This document shows, piece after piece, positions 26,850 through 34,954 of a stretch of DNA of 36,488 nucleotides. The DNA is taken from the IMG/VR virus record IMGVR_UViG_3300021076_000041; one strand, written 5' to 3'. Source of the stretch: a virus. A model generated the notes under the pieces. It saw only the letters and a program-made list of their open reading frames with translations. It was not told where the DNA came from and did no database searches. Position 1 is the first letter of the stretch, and each line of letters starts with the position of its first letter. The position numbers and the translations under genes are program-made.

Positions 26850-27896
26850 ATGAATAAATCAACCTTTCTACTCATGGACGGACACAATCTGTTCCATAGA
26901 ATGATACATCAGGTTAATCCTGCCGCAGGTATAGATGGAATGATAGGATTGTCATTCCATCTAATGTTATATAGTCTTAAGAAAGAATGGAATCGTTTCA
27001 ATGGAACTCATGCGGTATTCTTCACCGAAGGTTATTCGTGGCGATATGATATCTACAAAGATTACAAGAAATCCAGGAAAGTTATATTCGCGCAAAAGAC
27101 AGAGAAAGAAAAAGAAGACAGGGATCTACTCACTGAGGCGTTTGATGATTTGGTAGAATTTCTTGATCAGAAAACCAATATGACTGTTCTTCAGAATCCA
27201 AGAGCAGAAGCAGATGATATGATTGCTACTTGGATTAGATTACACCCAGATGACGATCATATTCTAATCAGTTCCGATAGTGACTTCTATCAATTGCTCG
27301 CGCCAAATGTAAAAATCTACGATCCAGTTAAAGATATTCTATTAACTGATGTTGGAATTACTGATGACAGAGATAAGAATTTGAGTTTCGTTGTCAAAGA
27401 TGGTAAGATTTCTTCACCTAAGGTAGATCCAAATTTCAAACCAGAAAAGGATTGGTTTCGATACGCATTATTTATGAAAATCATTCGTGGTGATACGTCT
27501 GATTATATATTCAGTGCCTATCCCGGTATTCGTGAAAAAGGAACCAAAGATAAGATTGGGATCAGAGAAGCATATAATAATCAAGATGTGAAAGGGTTTG
27601 ATTGGAATAATTTCATGAATCAATCTTGGGTTGACATTGACCAAAAGACCCATATTGTAAAGGATCTTTATGAGAGAAATCGAATACTAATTGACCTAAC
27701 TGCTCAGCCAGACAGTGTGAAAGAGTCGTGTGAGAATATTATTGTAAATCAAGTTTCAAGAAAGAATATCTCAGCACCAAATATAGGAATGGCATTCTTG
27801 CAATTCTGCACAAGGTGGAATTTGCCAAAAATATCAAACAATGCTCAGCAATTCACCCCATTGTTCAACTCTAAATATTATCAAGACCTCGAATGA
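26850..27896 (+). CDS. rnh: 5'-3' exonuclease / flap endonuclease (T4 RNase H-like)
   Basis: LLMDGHNLFHR, AEADDMIA and LISSDSDFYQL are FEN/T4 Rnh acidic-cluster motifs. Confidence 0.75.
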   Translation: MNKSTFLLMDGHNLFHRMIHQVNPAAGIDGMIGLSFHLMLYSLKKEWNRFNGTHAVFFTEGYSWRYDIYKDYKKSRKVIFAQKTEKEKEDRDLLTEAFDDLVEFLDQKTNMTVLQNPRAEADDMIATWIRLHPDDDHILISSDSDFYQLLAPNVKIYDPVKDILLTDVGITDDRDKNLSFVVKDGKISSPKVDPNFKPEKDWFRYALFMKIIRGDTSDYIFSAYPGIREKGTKDKIGIREAYNNQDVKGFDWNNFMNQSWVDIDQKTHIVKDLYERNRILIDLTAQPDSVKESCENIIVNQVSRKNISAPNIGMAFLQFCTRWNLPKISNNAQQFTPLFNSKYYQDLE

Positions 27897-28369
27897 AATT
27901 AAAGACTATTACTGATAAATCCTGGATTGTATTGTCTGACGACAATGAAAGGATCGGGATGCTAAACGAAGGTAAAGAACAATTCACTCTATTGATGAAG
28001 AGTGTGAAATATGAATTTAAGTCCAAAGAAGAATTAAATATTCATTTTAACAAAGACATATTCCGTCATATTATTGAACCAGTATTTCAGCAAAGGAATA
28101 TAGAGAAGTTCATCAAAGGCCTTCCTGTAGATTATGATTCGCCAATCGAAGTTGAAATTGAAGGCAATTCTCTACCACTATTCGTAAAGAAGGAAGGTAG
28201 TAAGATATATTTCTCTGCTGGATATTATTGCTTAGAATACCCAAAAGGATGGATGCCATCCTTAAATCCAAAACTATCAACTTTAGAATTGTACAATCAT
28301 AAGGGTCCGTTTGTAGATGAATTACAAATGAGAACTGCTTTACAAACCGAAAGGAAGAAGAATGCTTGA
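27893..28369 (+). CDS. hypothetical protein
   Basis: ORF with an ATGA overlap to rnh. Confidence 0.5.
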   Translation: MKLKTITDKSWIVLSDDNERIGMLNEGKEQFTLLMKSVKYEFKSKEELNIHFNKDIFRHIIEPVFQQRNIEKFIKGLPVDYDSPIEVEIEGNSLPLFVKKEGSKIYFSAGYYCLEYPKGWMPSLNPKLSTLELYNHKGPFVDELQMRTALQTERKKNA

Positions 28370-28571
28370 GATCAATAAGTTCATAGCCAAAGTTAAGAAT
28401 GCTAAGAAAACAAAATCACCAGAGATCAAGATTACCTTTGTTGATGCTCAAGCATTGCTCGATGAAATTAACGAGCTGATTACTGCCAATGTGAAGCCTG
28501 CGCCAAAGATAGAAAAGGTGGCCGAATCACATCAAACCGGACCTATAATCTTTGATGGTGGACATTTCTAA
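28362..28571 (+). CDS. hypothetical protein
   Basis: ORF overlapping the upstream gene. Confidence 0.45.
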   Translation: MLEINKFIAKVKNAKKTKSPEIKITFVDAQALLDEINELITANVKPAPKIEKVAESHQTGPIIFDGGHF

Positions 28572-28615
28572 AACCATACTTTATTTGGTGCCGAAGATAA
28601 ATATAAGTATAATCA

Positions 28616-28925
28616 ATGGAGATCACAATGTCACGACCAAAGCCAACCATTCTGATGACAGATACTAATTCAAAGAGTTTCAAGGTAGTTCAAGTTCTTG
28701 AAGCAGAATCTATCTATGCTGTCTTTCACAAAGGCAAGCCAATCAATATGAGAATACTGAACCAGATATCTGATATACCAGGACCAAAATATAAGAAGTG
28801 TAGTTTCAGTAATCCACGGTCATGCATTTAACTTGGCTCAAAAACTAAATGGTATATTCGACACTACCGAATTTACAGTTCATAAGTTGGATTCTGGAAC
28901 TCTAATCACCGAACGCAATAAATAA
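28616..28925 (+). CDS. hypothetical protein, interrupted once (C28817)
   Basis: The track ORF ends ...SNPRSCI*. Skipping C28817 (CCA-C-GGT) gives ...SNPGHAFNLAQKLNGIFDTTEFTVHKLDSGTLITERNK*, filling the 28832-28925 gap. Confidence 0.5.
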
Positions 28926-28948
28926 TTTCAATCTTCGGAAATGATATA

Positions 28949-29287
28949 ATGGAACCGCTGCGACAGGCTATCATTTCTGAAGTAATAAAGAAAACACCCG
29001 AACTTGAAAAATTTACAGTTGATCAACTAAATCAGGATTTCTTTCTACCATCATCACACCGATTAACCTATTATGGTTTACAATGTGTCAAGAATGTATT
29101 CACTCCATATAGTTTCGATATTGGCGCTGACTTGCATCTAAAATCGAAGCATTATATCGCCTTATCAAACACAATGACTTATCCATATTATCTTTCACAG
29201 AATAAACTCATCTTGTTTTCAGAAATGGATGCAATGGTGATAAAATTGTGTGGCAATGTCAAAATCTTCCTTGATCGTAGTTCCTAG
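28949..29287 (+). CDS. hypothetical protein
   Basis: ORF. Confidence 0.5.
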   Translation: MEPLRQAIISEVIKKTPELEKFTVDQLNQDFFLPSSHRLTYYGLQCVKNVFTPYSFDIGADLHLKSKHYIALSNTMTYPYYLSQNKLILFSEMDAMVIKLCGNVKIFLDRSS

Positions 29288-29308
29288 ACTGGTTTACCCT
29301 ATTGCCAG

Positions 29309-29337
29309 TTGCGATTATTCAATGTTTGTGCTATACT
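29309..29337 (+). promoter_or_regulatory. sigma70-like promoter
   Basis: TTGCGA (29309-29314), a 17-nt spacer, then TGC-TATACT (29332-29337). Confidence 0.45.
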
Positions 29338-29357
29338 ATATACAGTAGCTTTTTACA

Positions 29358-29717
29358 ATGAATCCGCAGCGAGGACAGAATATGATTTTGCCACAGGAAG
29401 GTTTATCACAAATAAAATTCTACGAATTAGATTTATATGTACCCACCGGGCATTCTCGTAAAACTTCAATAGTCACACTACACTGGAAAAGTTGGTCAAA
29501 AACCTTACCACCGGTATCTTCAATGGAAAGTGAATTTGACGGAACCTTTGAAGATGCGAAGAAGGTCGAAACCTTACTCGGCACCATTGTTCTACCTGAT
29601 GGATCAGAGTATATGATTGGTGTAGGTAATGCTGAACATCGATTTAGTGAATATTTGAAGGTTCTTTCAACATTGGCTGTAGACAGACAACGAGTGAAAG
29701 ATATTCTTGGAGAATAA
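29358..29717 (+). CDS. hypothetical protein
   Basis: ORF downstream of the promoter. Confidence 0.5.
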   Translation: MNPQRGQNMILPQEGLSQIKFYELDLYVPTGHSRKTSIVTLHWKSWSKTLPPVSSMESEFDGTFEDAKKVETLLGTIVLPDGSEYMIGVGNAEHRFSEYLKVLSTLAVDRQRVKDILGE

Positions 29718-29722
29718 AGAAG

Positions 29723-30037
29723 ATGAACCGATATTGGTGCTCGTGGTGGTCAGGATATTACCTTGATGAAGGGTGTTCAATGCCACCGTTTCAAATATGG
29801 ATTTCTACTGAGCGAGCCAGAATAGGAAACCCACCAGGAAAAGATGAAAGAACAGAGGTAGGCATTTGTGCCTTGATTGATTCTGATTCAAAAGATAAAA
29901 TAATGGAATCAATCAAGAGACATTTTCCAGACTTTGAAATGAGATTTATGAATGAACACAACTTAGACTTTGAACCACCAGAACATCTGTGTCCAAATTT
30001 CAAAAATCAAACTCTACTTACCAACGATAAGGAATAA
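29723..30037 (+). CDS. hypothetical protein
   Basis: ORF. Confidence 0.5.
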   Translation: MNRYWCSWWSGYYLDEGCSMPPFQIWISTERARIGNPPGKDERTEVGICALIDSDSKDKIMESIKRHFPDFEMRFMNEHNLDFEPPEHLCPNFKNQTLLTNDKE

Positions 30038-30038
30038 G

Positions 30039-30251
30039 ATGAAAAATATTGACCCAATTTGGTGTGGGTGGATTTTACTAATCAGCCTCATAATTTTCAT
30101 GACTGGCATTTTTGTAGTTAGAATGAAAGATGTCAATTCATATAGAGAACAATGCCAGGCCGCCGGCGGTCAGATTATTGAAATCTTTCCACACAGAAGC
30201 ACGGTTTGCGCAAAGATAGAAATTCTTCAATTTTCGAAAGAAATAAAATGA
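30039..30251 (+). CDS. small single-TM membrane protein
   Basis: ATG 30039 comes right after the upstream stop. It has a WCGWILLISLIIFMTGIFVV hydrophobic segment. Confidence 0.5.
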   Translation: MKNIDPIWCGWILLISLIIFMTGIFVVRMKDVNSYREQCQAAGGQIIEIFPHRSTVCAKIEILQFSKEIK

Positions 30252-30715
30252 TACAGTACAAAATTGGTAATCTGCTTGATATCACCGAAGGTCATATCGT
30301 TCACTCTGCGAATGCGCAGGGGATCATGGGTGCCGGTGTGGCCTTGGCAATAAAACAGAAATACCCGGGGTGTTACCAAGAATATAAAGAGTTTTGCGCC
30401 ATTGCCTCAGATAGCGCCGAATTACTTGGGAGAGTAGTTCCATATTTGGTCAATGAGAAACTGATCATTTGGAACCTCATTGGCCAAGATCGATACGGTG
30501 GTCATGGTAAAAGATACACGGATTATGAAGCACTTGCCACTGGGCTGGAAATGATTGAGAAATCAATCATTGTATGTCGCGACAATTATGTTGTTCCGCC
30601 GATACTAAATTTTCCATTAATGGGTAGTGGTTTGGGTGGTGGTAAATGGCCAATCGTCGAAGCCATTATTGATAACACTATCTCTTGTGGCAAGGTTCTT
30701 TGGACTTTGGATTAA
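30248..30715 (+). CDS. macro domain (ADP-ribose binding/hydrolase) protein
   Basis: IVHSANAQGIMGAGVALAIKQKYP ... FPLMGSGLGGG are the macro-domain N-terminal and glycine-rich motifs. ATGA overlap. Confidence 0.7.
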   Translation: MIQYKIGNLLDITEGHIVHSANAQGIMGAGVALAIKQKYPGCYQEYKEFCAIASDSAELLGRVVPYLVNEKLIIWNLIGQDRYGGHGKRYTDYEALATGLEMIEKSIIVCRDNYVVPPILNFPLMGSGLGGGKWPIVEAIIDNTISCGKVLWTLD

Positions 30716-30734
30716 TTTTCTCGAAAGGATCAAA

Positions 30735-30944
30735 ATGAAATTGCTCACTGCTACAGTTCTATCATTGACGAGCAATAGTGCTGTCGCGAAACATGTCGAA
30801 GTGCATGAGAATACACAAGCGGCCGGCTATATCCTTTTAGGTCTCGTCTCACTCATTGCTATTGGTATTTTGGCAATAATACTCGTGAAATATTCAGATA
30901 AGAAAAAGGAATCATCTATTAAGAATTCACAGACACCGGATTGA
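30735..30944 (+). CDS. small secreted/membrane-anchored protein
   Basis: It has a signal-like MKLLTATVLSLTSNSAVA and a TM segment GYILLGLVSLIAIGILAIILV. AAAGGA RBS. Confidence 0.5.
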   Translation: MKLLTATVLSLTSNSAVAKHVEVHENTQAAGYILLGLVSLIAIGILAIILVKYSDKKKESSIKNSQTPD

Positions 30945-30969
30945 ACAACCCATAAAAATTTGCTATACT
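30941..30969 (+). promoter_or_regulatory. sigma70-like promoter
   Basis: TTGAAC (30941-30946), a 17-nt spacer, then TGC-TATACT (30964-30969). Confidence 0.5.
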
Positions 30970-30992
30970 ATATAAAACTACAAAGGACAACA

Positions 30993-32108
30993 ATGACACT
31001 ATATCTCCGCAGAGGCACATCCTATCATCCAACAGATGAATCAGCACTCGATGTTCGAAAAGAATTGCCACCTGGTAATTATATCGTTGAAAAGGATCTA
31101 GACACTGGACAGTTGTATTTCGAATCAACTGATCCATTCTACGTATCGGGTAAGATTTATGGCGATACAGAGAAGCAACGAGATAGAATTTTCAATACCT
31201 TTCAAGACCGAACTGCAGCCACTGGTGTTCTTTTGAATGGTGAGAAGGGTTCCGGTAAAACCCTTCTGGCTAAGATGCTATCATTGAAAGGCATTGCCTA
31301 TGGGTATCCTACCATCACAATCAATCAACCGTGGTGTGGTGAGCAATTCAACAAACTTATTCAAAGTATCGAACAACCGGCAATTGTGATGTTTGATGAA
31401 TTTGAAAAAGTGTATGACGATGAACATCAGCCATTGATGCTAACTTTGCTCGACGGTGTCTTTCCTACTAAGAAGTTGTTCGTTCTTACTTGTAATGACA
31501 AGTGGAGAATTGATAGCCATATGAGAAATCGCCCTGGCAGAATTTTCTATCTGCTTGACTTTGACGGTCTTGATTCGAAATTTATTACCGAATATTGCAA
31601 TGAAAATCTGAATGATACCAGTCATACCGAAACTGTCTGTAGAATTGCCTCGTTGTTCCATAAGTTCAATTTCGATGTTCTAAAAGCATTGTGTGAAGAG
31701 ATGAATCGATACAACGAGTCACCACAGGATGCAATGAAGATGCTGAATGCTAAACCATTCAGTGACAATGATTCGGCGTATGATGTAATTTTGTCCATTA
31801 AAGGTAAGGCAATTCCGCCAGAGAAAATGAATCCCGAAACCTTTAATACAAATCCAATTGGCCAAGAATCCATTGAGATTCGCTATTATGGTGATGCCAG
31901 TGTCAATGCGGCGAGTCCGTCACTATCAGCATTCGATGACTATGACAAACCAGATTATATCACTGGAAGATCAAATTGGACTCTTCAACCCGGCGATCTG
32001 AAGGCAATTGATTCAGTGAATAATATCTACACCTATGTGAGTGGTGATATCAAAGTAGTCTTTACAAAGAGAAAAGAAGTCAATTTCAGGTATATGGACA
32101 TGCTGTGA
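30993..32108 (+). CDS. AAA+ ATPase
   Basis: Walker A GEKGSGKT. Walker B IVMFDEFEK. Arginine-finger-like NRPGRI. ATG 30993 is preferred over the alternative start in the track. Confidence 0.65.
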   Translation: MTLYLRRGTSYHPTDESALDVRKELPPGNYIVEKDLDTGQLYFESTDPFYVSGKIYGDTEKQRDRIFNTFQDRTAATGVLLNGEKGSGKTLLAKMLSLKGIAYGYPTITINQPWCGEQFNKLIQSIEQPAIVMFDEFEKVYDDEHQPLMLTLLDGVFPTKKLFVLTCNDKWRIDSHMRNRPGRIFYLLDFDGLDSKFITEYCNENLNDTSHTETVCRIASLFHKFNFDVLKALCEEMNRYNESPQDAMKMLNAKPFSDNDSAYDVILSIKGKAIPPEKMNPETFNTNPIGQESIEIRYYGDASVNAASPSLSAFDDYDKPDYITGRSNWTLQPGDLKAIDSVNNIYTYVSGDIKVVFTKRKEVNFRYMDML

Positions 32109-32109
32109 T

Positions 32110-32700
32110 ATGAAAATTCAAATATATCAGTGCCGGTTTACCAAGAAGCTATTTCAGTTAGATCAGAAAGAAGAGTATATTGCTCATCTGAAAGACTTAC
32201 GAGCACGAAAGAAAGATAATCGCAAACACAATCGAAAACGCCGTGATTTTGAATCCTGGTTTAAGTCTGAGAAAGAAAAGATTACAGGCATTGAAGAACT
32301 TGAAGAATGGATTTTGATTAATTTTTCGAAAATAGTCAAATTCTACAATGCTTTGAATTTTCATAGTCAATTCCGCGGCAAGCTTGAGAAATTTTCTCTC
32401 AAAACAACACATAATACTTATGCCAGCAATACTCATAGTGCCCCAAACGGAAAGAAAACAAACTGGCTCGGATCAACAGATCTTCCGCGGGGGTATCCGG
32501 GTTATATTGGAAATATGTCCGGTGTTTTCGAAAATCACAAACATTCCGGCGTCAGCAATATTTGGAAATTTATCGACATTCACACAGGCACCGGCAGCGG
32601 CGGTAATAATTTCCAGTATTCAGTCACAATTTGGATTGACGATTGGCCGGGGATCGCCGAACAATATGTATTCAAGAAATTGAAAGGCGAGATACATTGA
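32110..32700 (+). CDS. hypothetical protein (basic N-terminus, Gly-rich C-terminal half)
   Basis: ORF. It contains ordinary in-frame CGG codons at 32134 and 32488. Confidence 0.5.
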   Translation: MKIQIYQCRFTKKLFQLDQKEEYIAHLKDLRARKKDNRKHNRKRRDFESWFKSEKEKITGIEELEEWILINFSKIVKFYNALNFHSQFRGKLEKFSLKTTHNTYASNTHSAPNGKKTNWLGSTDLPRGYPGYIGNMSGVFENHKHSGVSNIWKFIDIHTGTGSGGNNFQYSVTIWIDDWPGIAEQYVFKKLKGEIH

Positions 32701-32963
32701 TGGCTTCACTCTTCAGAAGACTGTTTCCAAAGACACACAAACTGTATCTTATTCCGGGGAAATTCTCACAGGAAATTCATGATAGAAATTATATACAGAT
32801 TTATGAATGGTGTGTGAACAATTTAAGTGAAGATCAATATGATTTCACATATGGAGATCAGTCGCCACAACGAAGAGTTCGAATTCTAACACCATCGTAT
32901 GTTGTATTGAAAAATGTGCCGCAAGAAGATATAGTCTTCTTAAAATTGAAATTTGGACTATGA
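32700..32963 (+). CDS. small protein, distant relative of the LKYGHIY family
   Basis: Ends VVLKNVPQEDIVFLKLKFGL. ATGA-type overlap. Confidence 0.45.
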   Translation: MASLFRRLFPKTHKLYLIPGKFSQEIHDRNYIQIYEWCVNNLSEDQYDFTYGDQSPQRRVRILTPSYVVLKNVPQEDIVFLKLKFGL

Positions 32964-32996
32964 ACTTACTTACTTACAAACGAAGGATGATATCGT

Positions 32997-33414
32997 ATGA
33001 AAATCAAGATAGATGAATTATCAGGTTATCCACTTGACTACGCGGTAGGGGTAGCACTAGGCCATAAGATGACTGTGGCATCCTTTGGGCCATTGTTTGG
33101 CAAAGGGTATATGGCACCTGTTCGCGAAGGGTACTTTACCAAATACGAACCACGAACCACGAAATCATATTCTTCAGATAATGAAAGAATGTTTAATCGG
33201 CGGTCGTCCTGTTCAGACGTGTATAAATGACCAAAATATGGTCAAATGGTGCGCTTGTCAATTGCCTATTGAATTAGAATATTCTCAAAGCGATACGCCA
33301 GATGAAGCAATACTGAAATGTCTCGTGGGTAGGTTAATGCCGGCTGGTGAAATTGAAATCCCCAATGAACTCGTGATTTCAGATTACAGATTCCATCGAG
33401 CCGCTGGTCATTGA
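32997..33414 (+). CDS. NinX/DUF2591-like phage protein, interrupted once (C33198)
   Basis: The N-terminus is MKIKIDELSGYPLDYAVGVALG. Track ORFs 32997..33230 and 33085..33414 join at AAT-C-GGC-GGT. Confidence 0.45.
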
Positions 33415-33421
33415 TAAATAT

Positions 33422-33637
33422 ATGAAAATCAAAGAGGAATTTAAAATGAGATTTAGTGAAATTATCAATGAAGACAAAGCTAAAATTCGTAAGGTGAAAA
33501 AGACTCGTGCTGATGATTCCGTAGAAATCACATTCGAAGTATTGAATTCCGATGGCGTCACAGTTAAGACCGGAATGTCAAAGGAAACTGCCTCGAAATA
33601 TCTTGAAGACCATTCCAGTAAGTTGAACAAAGAGTGA
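33422..33637 (+). CDS. hypothetical protein
   Basis: ORF. An alternative start is ATG 33446. Confidence 0.45.
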   Translation: MKIKEEFKMRFSEIINEDKAKIRKVKKTRADDSVEITFEVLNSDGVTVKTGMSKETASKYLEDHSSKLNKE

Positions 33638-33666
33638 GAAGTATTCGTCCGGTATAAAATTGCCGC

Positions 33667-33695
33667 TTGACTTTTATAACTGTCTGCTATACAAT
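33667..33695 (+). promoter_or_regulatory. sigma70-like promoter
   Basis: TTGACT (33667-33672), a 17-nt spacer, then TGCTA-TACAAT (33690-33695). AAGGAAG lies before ATG 33744. Confidence 0.55.
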
Positions 33696-33743
33696 ATGTA
33701 TGTAGTATATAAATTGTGTGTGACAACTTCATAAGGAAGAAAA

Positions 33744-34862
33744 ATGGCTGCAGAAATGACAGAACGGACAGTTCGTCCGAAAGATGCGAAGATATTGATC
33801 CGGCGCTGCATGAAAATGAAGCGGCCAATCTTTATCTGGGGTGGTGCCGGCCTTGGAAAGAGCGAGCTGATACAAGAAATTGGTGACGAAGATGGCCGCG
33901 CTGTCATTGATATTCGCTTGTTGTTGATGGAACCGACTGATCTGAAAGGTATTCCATACTACGATCCAGTATCAGAAACAATGCGCTGGGCGCAACCATG
34001 CGAATTACCAGGTTCCCCGGAGAAACACCCACATCTCCAAAATGCCATTCTGTTCCTTGATGAGCTCAATGCCGCACCAGGAGCAGTTCAGGGTGCGGCA
34101 TACCAGTTGATGCTAAATCGTCGAATTGGTGAATACATCCTCCCCGAAGGTGTTAGCATAGTGTGCGCCGGCAATCGTGAAACAGATCGCGGAGTCACCT
34201 ATCGTATGCCAAGTCCGTTGGCAAATCGGTTGGTCCATTTGGAAATGATTGCCAATTTTGAAGATTGGCAAGCTTGGGCTCTTCGAAAGAAAGTTCATCC
34301 AGATGTCGTCGGCTTTGTAAGCCACCACAAACAACATCTTTCTAATTTCGATCCGAAGAAATCCGGCCATGCATTTGCCACACCGAGATCGTGGAAGTTT
34401 GCCAGTGACTTGATCCAAGACAATACCTTGGCTGAAAGTTTGGTGACTACCCTAATTGCTGGTACAGTAGGTGAAGGTATCGCAATTGAATTCGCACAAC
34501 ACCGGAAGATTTCGGCTAAGATGCCAAAACCGGAAGACATTCTGCTTGGCAAGGAAAAGAAGCTGAATGTGAAGGAAATTTCCGCAATGTATTCGTTGAC
34601 CATTAGCACTTGTTATACATTGGGCGAGTGGGTCGAGAGAACCAAAGATCCTGAAGAGAAATTTTCAATGGACGATTGGCATCTTTGTGTAGATAATTTC
34701 TTTGAGTTCATGATGGATAATTTCCAACTCGAAATGATTGTCCTTGGTGCGAAATATTCACTACGTGACGCCGATGGTGGTGGTCTGCCAATCGTTCATC
34801 GCAAGCTGAAATCGTTCAAACGATTCAATACTATGGTCGGCGGATTGATTATCGAGGCGTAA
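33744..34862 (+). CDS. cobS: MoxR/CobS-like AAA+ ATPase
   Basis: Walker A GGAGLGKS. Walker B ILFLDELNAA. CAGNRETDRG and PLANRL motifs. It contains six ordinary in-frame CGG codons. Confidence 0.75.
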   Translation: MAAEMTERTVRPKDAKILIRRCMKMKRPIFIWGGAGLGKSELIQEIGDEDGRAVIDIRLLLMEPTDLKGIPYYDPVSETMRWAQPCELPGSPEKHPHLQNAILFLDELNAAPGAVQGAAYQLMLNRRIGEYILPEGVSIVCAGNRETDRGVTYRMPSPLANRLVHLEMIANFEDWQAWALRKKVHPDVVGFVSHHKQHLSNFDPKKSGHAFATPRSWKFASDLIQDNTLAESLVTTLIAGTVGEGIAIEFAQHRKISAKMPKPEDILLGKEKKLNVKEISAMYSLTISTCYTLGEWVERTKDPEEKFSMDDWHLCVDNFFEFMMDNFQLEMIVLGAKYSLRDADGGGLPIVHRKLKSFKRFNTMVGGLIIEA

Positions 34863-34900
34863 TTCAAAGCCAACAGTTCGATACCAGAGTAATATCAATT

Positions 34901-34930
34901 CAAGGAGCCTATTTTCGGATAGGCTCCTTG
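34901..34930 (+). terminator. rho-independent-type hairpin
   Basis: CAAGGAGCCTAT-TTTCGG-ATAGGCTCCTTG is a perfect 12-bp stem, followed by TTGT. Confidence 0.65.
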
Positions 34931-34954
34931 TTGTCCAACGGTAATTTCGGGGTC

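Noticed and set aside
32384-32683. Alternative-frame ORF 32384..32683 as a sign of another frameshift in gene 32110..32700
   Set aside because: The main frame is open throughout. Its two zero-frame CGG codons (32134, 32488) give immediate stops if shifted. The nested ORF has no start context.
431-33414. Simple codon reassignment of CGG to Gly, without a frame change, as the explanation for the breaks
   Set aside because: Reading CGG as any amino acid in the zero frame still runs into stops within a few codons at every site. Only a 4-nt step (or deletion of the C) restores the conserved downstream sequence.
431-33414. Homopolymer-type sequencing errors or classical -1 slippery heptamers as the cause of the breaks
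   Set aside because: 14 of the 23 sites are not at a run of any base (e.g. ACT-C-GGT, TTA-C-GGT, GCA-C-GGC), and the other 9 only extend a single C (e.g. GAC-C-GGT). Long A runs such as A7 at 11637-11643 are in frame. No X-XXY-YYZ heptamer occurs at any break, and all shifts are +1.
33379-33907. Minus-strand ORFs 33379..33828 and 33674..33907
   Set aside because: They span a plus-strand gene, an intergenic promoter and the start of the MoxR-like gene. No supporting signals were found.
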